A stretch of DNA of 64,000 nucleotides, taken from assembly GCA_002633005.1 (NCBI GenBank), contig NMRA01000924.1, positions 1 to 64,000 on the forward strand, written 5' to 3'. Both the position numbers and the translations under genes were made by a program. Shown here one piece after another: positions 12,555 through 23,500 of this stretch. Position 1 is the stretch's first letter. Every line of letters begins with the position of its first letter. The notes under the pieces are model-generated. The model made no database searches. It was given only the letters and a program-made list of their open reading frames with translations, and had not been told where the DNA came from. Origin of the DNA: Phoronis australis. Lineage: Eukaryota > Animalia > Phoronida.

Positions 12555-13136
12555 TATAGTTTCAACCCGCACATCAAACTTTGTCATCACCCCTGCACAC
12601 TTATTCCAGTGGAAGTCCCACGAATGCATGATTGTCTTCAACGCCCCTATTGTCGGAGAACTGCAGCTGTAGACTTTCTTTTCATGTAGTTTTGAAGAAA
12701 AGAGAAGTTTTTAAGGATTTGTAAAGTTGTGTAATGAAACGGTGGAAATGTATACGTGTTTGAGATTAAAACTTACGTAGGACTAGCAGGGAAATGTAAA
12801 AATTTGGAAAAATCTTAGAAATGGTCGACCAGATTCATATGGAACGTTTGAATACTATTTTGTATGCGATGAGCTCAAACATAAACATCAGATTTTAAAG
12901 ATTTTTAAGGAAAACCCAAAAGTGCATACAAAGAAAATCGAAAAATTATTGCACAAATTAAAACCGTTTTGAGATTTCATTTTGAGGTGAATTAACCCCG
13001 ACATATCATGCAGTACGTGTAGACCTCTACCAGTGAAAGGAAGTCGCATGAGGGAAGTTACATGTTGCATCAAGTCAATTGTACAAATAGAAATTAACAA
13101 TGAGTCACAACTCCGCTACTTTTTACAGGCGTCAGC

Positions 13137-15649
13137 ATGGGATGTGGAGCTTCATCAGACTCAGCGCCACCTAGGGTAAACCAAGTGCATGGTGGCAAAA
13201 CTAAAGTTCAGGTGCAGCCAACGTCGCAGTCGATAGCTGTGACAAATGGAAACGCTAAAAAGGTGACTGTACAATCTCCACCGCTACCGGCACCAAAAGA
13301 AATTTCGACAGGGACCGCTTCACAACAGAAGAGTGGCGTAGCTGGCGCATTGCGCATCTTGGTCGGGTATCATTCCAGTTACGAAAAGTTAACTAATAAG
13401 GTTGTTAATTCTTTGAATATGCAGGGTTATGACGTGTTGAAAATGTCCGAACAGTATCCGCAGGACTTGGATATCCGTGAAGACGCCGTGCAGTGGTGCG
13501 GGGCTTTCATAGTCATGGCGTCGGTCCCTTTTGAGAGATCATTGCCGTGCACGGAGCTATTATATCACGTTCAGGGAAACAAGAAACCCATCTGCACCAT
13601 CGTGGTCCAGCCCAACTACGACCCACGTGGGCCCGTGGGAGCTTTATCTAGCCTCGGCATGAAAACAAAGTTCCCAACTGACCGCGATGAATTTCACGCT
13701 ACTCTGGACCAAGTAAAGCGATTTTTCAGCAAGAATTATAAGGATCCCGGAGATGCGCCAAAGCCATCTTTTGAGCAAGATGAATATGCCAACGATGTCA
13801 TGACAGACGGCAGGGGTAACAAGAATGGGCGAGTTGTGGTCATCTATCACGACGATGTCGGAGGGACGCTGGATTTACTGCAGGCACATAATTTTGGCGC
13901 CACTTTTAGTAATCCGAATACTGTAAGCAGAGACGAAATCCGGAACGCTCATATCATTGTGGCCGCTTTAACGGATGGCTTCCAAAAAAGTGACGTTTGT
14001 AAACAGAAGTTCAACATAGCACGTGCTACTGGACGTATCATAATACCGATAATAGCACAACCGCACCAGAGAGACGGCTGGCTGGCTTTGGGCATCGCCG
14101 GAAAGTTGTACTACGACTGGACCGGGCACAAGACCAGCGAGTCATTCTACGACAGTAATGTGGTCAAAGATTTCACTCAAGGAGTTCAAGCAGCCAAGCA
14201 AGAAAAACTCACCGATGATGAAAAAGAAGAACTGAGACTGAACAGTTACCGGAAAGACATGGAGAATTCTAAAGAGAGGCTTTTGAAAGCTGGCGGAAAA
14301 TGGCCGCCCCCGAAACGTCCGTCGTTGGAGAACACGCACGAATGTCTCCGTGATGTTTACGAACGTTCCGCAAAGAAAGACGCTGATCTGCCCTTCAACT
14401 ACATTCATCACCAGCTGACACGAATGACCTTCAAACCACCAGAACCTCTTTTCGATCACAATGGTGCCCCGATCGAGCGTAAGTTTGACTTGATGATCTC
14501 CTACCAGTGGGATATACAGAACTTTGTTCGTGAGTTTTACATGGACATGTCAATGCACGAGCTCAAAACCTGGTTCGACATTTGGGGTAACATGCGCGGG
14601 AACACGTACAGCGCAATGTCTTACGGAATTGAATGCTCATCCGTCATCGTTTCGTTCGTTACTAACAGGTACCAACAGTCTGCCAACTGCAATCTAGAGA
14701 TCAAGTACGCGATAAGTCTGAACAAACCCATTGTGTTCATCCTGGCCGAGAAAGGCATTACTCTGGAGCCATGGCTAGAGGAGGCTATGAAGCGAAACGT
14801 GGTATTCCATGCGTCCAGCATGTCAGACATGGCCGTGAAGGTGGGCGGGGTGGCGCTAGTGAAGCGCATCGCCGAGACTGTTCGCCTTGCAATCAAGCAT
14901 CTGGTGTCTAAGAACCCGCCGCCAGATGGCCTTACTGAAGAAATGTACGAGTACTACGAGCTGAAAGAGGACGCTGAGTACGAGCTGATGACGAACAAGT
15001 CACTGAACACTTCTGCTGCGCCCGGTGGGGGCTCTGACGTAAGTTATTATTTTGCACAACAGACAGTGTTAGATCCAGCAAAGTAGCGATATACATGTAT
15101 GTGTTTACAAGTGCACGTACATTTGCACGCGATTTCGTTGTATTGAGTTTGCTCACTAGGATATGTAGACACTTAAGTTTTTCTTGTATGTTGTGTGGAA
15201 AATGAGAGTTTCAATACGAGCTATTACAAGAATTCAGGAATTTTTATAACTGAGTAACTGAACAGTCAGTGTAAAAACTAAGTCAACTCGGCCTCTTTTG
15301 TGAAAGGTGGTCCTTTCCGCTGATTATTTTCCTACCAGTGAAACTTTGTTGACGTTCAACGGAAAATTTTCCATTAAGCTCACGTACATGTACGTACATT
15401 TACGTATTTCAGGACTCTGCTGGTTACGCCATATGTAAGCGGTGTGGTGCCAAGTTCGTCCTGGGAAATCCGGCTGGCTGCAAAAGACATAGATCTTACT
15501 ACATGGGAGGCACTATCATCGCCGGTAGGTGGACCTGCTGCCAACAACGCGGCCAGGATGCCTTGGGATGTGAGGACACCACCCACACGACCCAGCAGGA
15601 GACGTGGACTGAGATGCCTGGGTTCAGCGGCTGCTTCACGTGGAAGTAA
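13137..15649 (+). CDS. Lipid-anchored multi-TIR (3x TIR_2-like) protein with C-terminal CHORD/Btk-like zinc-binding module, 712 aa; coding exons 13137-15038, 15413-15649
   Basis: The 649-aa ORF starts MGCGAS just after acceptor ttttacag (13128). TIR-like units lie at about aa 72-197 (ILVGYH...SLPCTEL...KKPICTIVV), aa 232-352 (VVVIYH...FQKSDVCKQKF...IIIPII...GWLALGIAGKLYYDW) and aa 449-585 (FDLMISYQWD...TWFDIW...YQQSANCNLEIKYA...KPIVFI). A phase-0 donor gac|gtaagt at 15038/9 and acceptor tttcag at 15412 add 78 aa with C-x2-C-x11-C-x2-H-x15-CC-x9-C-x4-H. Stop TAA is at 15647-15649. Confidence 0.88.
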
Positions 15650-18600
15650 GCCCGGGGTACACCGAGCTTAAGATTACCCTTAGATATTAAACTACATCAG
15701 CGACGTTGCCTGGAAGTACTGAAGCCGGCACCGTAGCCTGAGAGCACGTGTACCTCGTGACAGAAACTTGAGGCAGCGAGATTGACTTTGGTCGCGCGTA
15801 CTGGGGCCGCGGAAAGGAAAATGCGACATCTCGTCATATACTGGGTATTCAACCGAGCAAATCATAAATGTCTTCTCTTCGTGGTTCATTTCGAAATGGA
15901 CCGTTACGATGGCACGTAAAAAGAGCGCGAACAGGCGGCAATCAATTTTGACGAGATTGGCTATTCCAAGAAGTTGACTGCTTCATATTTTGGAATTGAA
16001 TAATAACTTTCAGGAAAATTGACATTTCGATACCAGATTAATAGAATTAATCACCCTAGAAGTGGGAAAGAAATGGTTTCAACCGAGGATTACCTGCTGT
16101 TGAACGGCTTCGTTTCTGAGTGGAAGCCTACCCGTTGGCTAACTACTAAAACACATCAGTAGGCAGCTTCTCGCTCCTGAATATAAACCTGCCAGTTGAC
16201 TTTATGACTTTAGTGCCCCCTGCAGCGCCATATATAGAAATCATTTTGTCAATGTTTTGCGGAAGAACTCCGTCGTCTGCTTCTGTTAATACGCCGGTAT
16301 TGCGTTCCAAAGTTTACATGAAAGTACCCTAGCTCAGAAGGCGTACAGTATTTCGACTGTGCCAAGGAAAAGATTTATCGCCAATTTTAAAGCTAATATT
16401 CCAAAGAAGTCATTCCTATTTTTCTGTGATAATTACTGTAGCAATAAATTATTTGGAAATGTTATAAGCTACCTTATGAATGTCTGACTTCCGTTATGAG
16501 TACAATGAAATTTGATTCTCTCACAGTCGATGTTTTTGTGAATATAACTTCAACAACTAAGAGATTTTAAACCTTAAAACACCCTCGGGAAGACGTGATA
16601 CCAATCACTCATTCACCTTCGTCTATACAACCCATTGGAATTGAACAATATGAATTTCTAACCTATTTACAGCGTCAGAAAGAAACTCATCTTTTGATCC
16701 CAAGTGGAAGGTGAGAATATAATTATTTACCGTTGGTTTGCAAGTGGATTTTTCTGACAGATTCTGAACGTTGGTCAGTTTACTTGACTTGAACACTGAG
16801 TTGACGCTCGTAATTTCAGTGCAACATACAGTGTACGGACAAATTATTATCTATTGTAGAAACGTTCAGCCTTAAGAAAACCATTTACTATAGTTAAGCT
16901 GTGCTCAGCTTATCAGTATCCTGGGCCGTTTGAGGGAAAGTGCAGACCTCAATGAGAAACAGGGTTCGTAGGTCACGTGAGCTCTGAAGCCGTTTTGCGC
17001 TCGTAAATTTAGCTCGCAGTTTTGGCTCGTTAATTTACATGTAAATTTTAACACTGAATTGGTCGTTGGATTTACATGTAAGTACCAGTCCACGAGACTA
17101 CCAGCCACTCAACTAATACACAACTGATATTGTTTTGGCGATGCAAATGTTTTTTTTTATTCAAATGTCTTGAAAGAGAATGAGTGTTTGCAACCATCAT
17201 TTCGAAATTCTACTACACTAACCCCCACACCGTTGATGTGTATGAATGCTTTTTCTGCAAGATTGACCAACTTTGAAATTTAGACAATTTTAAAAAGCGT
17301 CAGCTTTTCAATTTCATGACAAAAATTAGCATACATGTACATGTGTATTCATTAAAGTGCCAAGAGTGCCTGTAGACCCCTTAACTTATGACTTCAGTTC
17401 ACAGTTATTGACCGGTGCTCCAGTCATGTTTCACCAGATCTTTTAAGGCCGTCTTTTCCCTGAAATTAGCTGTACATGTGGAGTGTGCCCCAAACTACCA
17501 CTTCCGCGTTCCTCGGTATTGAACGCACGCTTACCACGTACTTGTGCTTGAAGCAGACACATATACATGTATGTGTACTAAAGAACAAAATGACACATAG
17601 AACATATTCACCCGAATTTGATATACATGTAGCGGGAATGGCTGAAAGGAACATTATTGAACATGGACTTCCGTGTACTAGGCTGTCGGTAAAGTCCATG
17701 AAATGAATTACACTATTTTAACGCTAAGCGTCGATCTGTTTAACTGGCTAAAAACGAAATATAATCAAACATTTTACTCTGGAAAAGGCAGTTGTACAGT
17801 AATCGTTGCCGTGATATGATTTTAATTGACTTGTACATGTATGTCTGTTATAGATGAGTTAGAATTAACCTGGAAACAATTAGGCGCTTGAGTATTACAG
17901 CGTCCTGTCGTTCAGTAACTTTTCCAGACCTGAGGGGTGCTGAACGTGCGATAATATCTGGCTTAACTTAACTTACATTTTTATCAGCTCACCCCAGTCA
18001 GACTAGATACGATCTGACGGGAGATTAGAGCAATTATCAAACAGAAGAGCGCAGGCTTCCCAACCATCAACGCCAGAATGGAGTTAATTGGCTACGGGGG
18101 GTAAACTTCCCAACTTGTTGTTGGGCTATACAATCGAACAACTATAGTTGGGAGCAACGGGAAGTCGCCGTCATGGACTATTGGGATGGGTCACGTGCGC
18201 GCTCGAACGAGTCCCCCATTTGGCGAAGTGAGTAGAAAGGTGCACCTCAGAGAAACAAAATTTCCGAAAAGGTAGAAAACGAGATAAAAGTCCACTAAAA
18301 AGCGGGAATTCTGCGAATGCACAATTCATAGCTCTGAACGTAAATATTTTTGTTAATAAAAGGTTCACATTTACAAAAATTCGAGCCTCCCACTTTAAGT
18401 TGGAAGCGCTCATGGGCCAACCCCGAAATTGTGCATTCGAAATTGACGCAAGAGCGCAATGCCTGTGTTATGAATTGCCTTCTCATTCAGTCACATTTCA
18501 GACTCGGATGAGCGTAGTATCATTTTTTAGCCCAAGGATATTATTCAGTTACAGCTAAAAGCGGCAAACATAGGCTCAGGGAATTAATACAGAACGCGAA

Positions 18601-19652
18601 ATTCTCATTCAAACGAAATTAAATCTGACGGATAATGGTGAATATCCAAGCAGAAATTTTGCGACAATGTTCCAGGGAGTGGAAACGATTCGTCACCTCT
18701 AAATTCCAGATCCGATCCTGAATAAATCTTTCTCGGATCAACAGACCCGTGTTATTGCCATGCTCGTATGCGGCCTTAACTTAATTTCATGCAGTAAGCC
18801 AAAAACACGGTGCTCCATACCGGTTCGGAGCTTGCTGTGCTGGTTACAGAATTTGGCCACTGGATGTATTTTTGAAGAGTACGTTTAGAGGTGCGGTTAT
18901 ACGGCTGTTACGCCGGGGATTTTAAAGCATCGAAATGGGACGAATTTAGAGGCATGGTCACAGAATCTTCAGCACTCCCCCTGTACGTGTTAGCTTGCTT
19001 ATACATCGGTAATGGTTCTGCGTGTCACTGAGGTCCGTTGCGTGCTAACAGTAGGACGACACACGACCGGAGGCGTGGTGTCACGTGGGATTGCCCCGTG
19101 GTGTGAGACAGAGCGCAAATTTGAATAACTGAGCAGCGAAAGGCAGATTACCATTGTTGCGTCACAAGTCATCGTGAAAGCAAAAGACAATAAGTTCACG
19201 ATACAAAAGCAGGTGCAGGCACGAGCGTGACCAGTCGTCTGTAAGAACGTCGAGGTAACAAGTTGTCAGGGATTTGATACCAACGAAAGAAGTACGTTGA
19301 AAGAGGGACGACTGAAGCACTTAAAGCAGGTAACCTTCAACATCAACGCCTTTTTTATTACTTGCTGAACAACTTGTGCATATTCACCTGTACGTGAGAA
19401 GTAAGATGGCATTTCGAACAATTTATGAAAACGTAGCATTAGTCAAATGCAACATACTGGTGGAATGACTAACATGGTTGGAGAGCGCAGACTGTTGAGC
19501 AAGGGTCACCAGTGCTCAAAAACTTAGTCGAACTAGTCGAACTCATTTACCACGGCGTTAAGACCTTCCGTTTCTCTGAGTACTTTGCTACTTTTAAACC
19601 GCACTTCGAACTCTATAACGAGGCTATAAGACACCTGATTGTACGTTTTGAG

Positions 19653-19813
19653 ACCGGGCGTGCGTTCAGCAGACTCTAGGACCTACGCTAGGACCTAGCT
19701 AAAACCTAGTCAAAGTCACGTGTTCCTATTTAAAATACACGGCAATATCTCGCGTAATCTAGCGAAGTCTTGCTTTTTAGCGAGGTCCTAGCGTTACTGA
19801 ACGGGAGGCGGGT
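19653..19813. mobile_element. ~160-bp MITE, family B copy 1
   Basis: Inverted termini (cgttcag..ctaggacct / aggtcctag..ctgaacg); closely similar copy at 59736-59895 and a fragment near 7150-7235. Confidence 0.7.
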
Positions 19814-20557
19814 TAGGTTAGGGTTAGTCACAAACCAATACTACTGTCACACTAGACCAGCAATTCGTTTGCAATAAGACTGTATTTGACATTTAATGAC
19901 AAAAGTCTGCAGTATATGCAAAAATTTCAACATTTTCTACACGCATGCCTTGTTCTCGAAAACAATTTGGACTATATATTGCCGTAAGTTCATGCCGTGA
20001 TTTGCCAAAAGACGTTAGCAGTTAACCTAATTACCTAGTTTGTACTTTAATGCCATTTGTTGATTTCGAAAGGAGACTGACCGTCCACATTTAATCGAAA
20101 AGTTGAAGTCAATTTCTTTAATTTTGGGGTTCTAACTCTTGTACAGGAAAAGTAAACAAAACACAGCGATTTTCCCATTTCGTCAAGTTCCTTTGAAAAC
20201 TGCAGGTTGTAAAATCTGCAAAGAAAACCAGCACAGTGAGTAGCAGTGGTTTGTGACTGCGCACGAGAGCTGGTTCTTCTTGCAGTTTTTGCCGCGTTCA
20301 ATATTTTAAAGCAACTTGACGAAGTGTGTAATGTGCGACCTTCACAAAAGTTTAAAAACCTACCTGGGCTATGAAATGATCATCCTGTTCTGTTCAAGTT
20401 ACCTGCAAAAGAATTGGCTATCCAAAAAGTGAAGAAAATTGTCTATGAAAGGCCACCTCCAAAATGGAGACTTCGCAGTCTGCTTCCGGTTCCACCAGAA
20501 TAATGACAACACTTGAACTCATTTCTGTTGAGTCCTGTGTTCTGTTCTCTTGCAGAG

Positions 20558-23500
20558 ATGAATGTCCTTGTTCACGTGATCTCCTTGCTCGCCTTGACCG
20601 ACGCCATCCTGGCGGCTACAACGCCCATAGGTGAGTTCTATTTAGTTCTCGTAGACGCATTACAGTTGCGAGTTAACTGATGCGATAGCGTGCTTTGCTT
20701 GCGCGATCTTCTTTTCGCGATTTCCTTCTTCTACCGAAAGAATTAGTTCTGAGTGTGTCTTAAAACCCCTCCACTTGTGACGACGGAATTACTCTGTAGG
20801 TATTGCTTCGTCTGGGTTGAATTTAATCTCGCTTGTGTAAAACAAAAATTCGCTGGTTTACTCTTAATATGAAAACTTTTGAAAAAGCAAACTGCTTTCC
20901 ATCCAGAGGTACACCTGTACATGTAAACAATTCGAAATCTCCCACAACTTGTTTTATTATGAGTTTGCACAATTTCGTCACGATGATAAACGTTTTACTA
21001 TCTCCCTGATGACATGCAACTGACTTAAATTCCTCAATTTTATGCGCCCACATCCTTATATGTGGTCGCATTTTGCCGCCATCTCTGTCTGGGCGTCCGG
21101 CATCCGCAACTGTAGCTCCTAAACCCATCACAGGATCTAAATGAGATTTGGCAGATGTGTTCCTATGAAGCCCCCTAGTGGCAATTGTAGTTTTTTACGC
21201 ACTATATCTTCGGATGTCTTCAACGGATTTTCATAAAATTTGGCAGTTCGGCATTTATTAGTGAGATGCCAGTTTCCCGTTTTCGGACAGATTCGAGGTA
21301 CCTTGCGCCAGCTAGTGGTCTGTTTTTTTGGCGTCTACTGTTCTATCAACCTAACCGCTTTAAGGGTGATTTTGAAAATTTGCATACACAAAATGTATGA
21401 TCCAACTGTGAAGAGGGAGACTGACGATGATTTTCCGACGACTTCGACAACTGTGGCGTCTCCTAGTGGCAGTTTTGTATGTTGTTGCGACCATGGCTGT
21501 ATCTCCTAAACCACTCACAGGATCTTTATGAGATTTGACAGATATGTTCCCATGAAAGTTACGACGGATGACAACGAATTTGTTACCTCTCCGACTACTG
21601 GTGGGCCCCCTACGATTACCTCTGTAAATTTGGAGGTGCTGAACAGAATTTCATAAAATTTGGCAGTTACACATCTATTAGTGAGATGATGCCATCCTCC
21701 GGTTTCGGACGGATTTGGGGTACTTTGGGCCACCTAGTGGCAATTTTCACTGTTTTCGAGTTTTTTGGCGTCCGCTGTTCTATCAATCAAAACCTCTAGT
21801 GATCATTTTGAAAAGTGGCGTACAGTGAACATGTTCTTACTGTTAAGAGGGCAGCTGATGGTGATTTTCCGATGACTTGGAATACTATGGCGTCTCCCAG
21901 TGGCAGTTTTGTTTATTTTTGTGCCCATGCCTATATCTCCTAAATGCTCAGCAGGTTCTTTATTGAATTTTGCTGATGTGTTTATATGAAGTTGACGACA
22001 GAACATGACGACTTTTGGACGGATCGGGCTACCGGTGTGACCCCTAGTAGCAATTTTAGCTTGTTACGTTTACATCTGTATCTTAAAGTGTCAATTGACT
22101 TTCATAAAATTTGGCAGTTAGGCATGTATTAGTGAGGTGACGCTATCATCCTTTTTTTGCGCCACCCTGTGGCCAATTTTACTGTTTTCTTGTCTTATTT
22201 GGCGTCTGCCCCTCTGTCAACCAAACCACTCTAAGGATGGTTGTGGAAATTGCCATTTGTTTCTAAAGTGAACGGGAAGTCTGAAGATGATTTTCCGAGG
22301 ACTTTACCTACTTTTGCGCCTCTCAGTGGCAGTTATGTTTTTTATGCTCATAGCCTCTTAGTGGTAATTTCATGTTTTCATTTTCTTTTTTTTTCTCAGG
22401 AGTTCCTTGATGGTTTATTATGAAATTTGGTTGATAGCTTCGGTGACACATACAAGTTCTCTCAAGTCGACAACATTTTGCACCATTTAGTTGGAATTTT
22501 TATGTTTCAAATAAACACCCCTGGAAGCATACCGTTAGCGGTGCATTCGTGGGCGCATTTCAATGCTCTGCGTTGCTCTTGTATTTCATTTTATCTTCCT
22601 AGGTGAATATGCGTGCGGGAACAACACGATTTATTTCCGCGTCACAGCCGTTCAAAATAACGTGACCTACGCACATATCGCTGTGGAGGGCCAGCATGGC
22701 ACTCCTGGCTGTTTCTCGGACAGTCCTAACAACCAGAGTCAACAGTTCGAGCTACGATTCACCCCGACCACCTGTAACATCCAGCCTGCTGTAAGTAGTT
22801 GTGCTTATACTGACACACGCTCTCTGCTTGAATCCCGGCTTCCTTGAAGCAGTAGGTTTTGACTGGGTGCCAATATTTCCTGCGATTTATTTTCACTTTA
22901 ATTCTTCAAACCTCATCGTGGTTGTGATGTACATGTGGCATTTTCAGTGTTTAAAAGCACAGTCGGCCACCTCTAGCCTATACATGTAAACATTGACACG
23001 ACGTTTCGGTCGGCCATTTCTTTGGTCATTTCCAGACGTAGCAGTGTTCTTAGAAGTGCTGGAACTGGTATCTTCTATACTCATTTTTTAACCTGAAAAT
23101 TGAGGAGATAATCACCGTCAAAACTAGGTCACTGATCTAGTATTGAGTACAAGATTTACAACCGACACGGGTCTCTGGTGCAAATCCAGCCGTCTTAATT
23201 TATTCAAAGTGTATACCAATCATGAGTGTACCAGGTATTCGGGTTCGTCTAAGAACGCTGGGACACTAAAGATGTTTGGAGAAATCATTGGTCATCCTAA
23301 AGGTCGAGCCAAGATGAGTGGTCTAGAAGTGTGTACAGATAGAGATTTGTGACGTGTCTCAAATCACTTGTGACTAAAATATTTCAGTAATTTATGTGAA
23401 AACAACTTTAATATTTTACGACCTAGCACGTTTTTTTTCTTTCCTCAGTCGAACGGCATTGCATTCTTTCAAATCCGAATCTCTGAGTCGGAACATATAG

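Noticed and set aside
13644-14896. Antisense ORFs inside the TIR exon (similar ones overlap INTS5 and pappalysin exons)
   Set aside because: Shadow ORFs of real coding sequence
15039-15086. Last 15 codons of the 649-aa ORF (VSYYFAQQTVLDPAK)
   Set aside because: Begins at a consensus donor gtaagt; read-through into the intron. The spliced Zn-module exon is a far better C-terminus.
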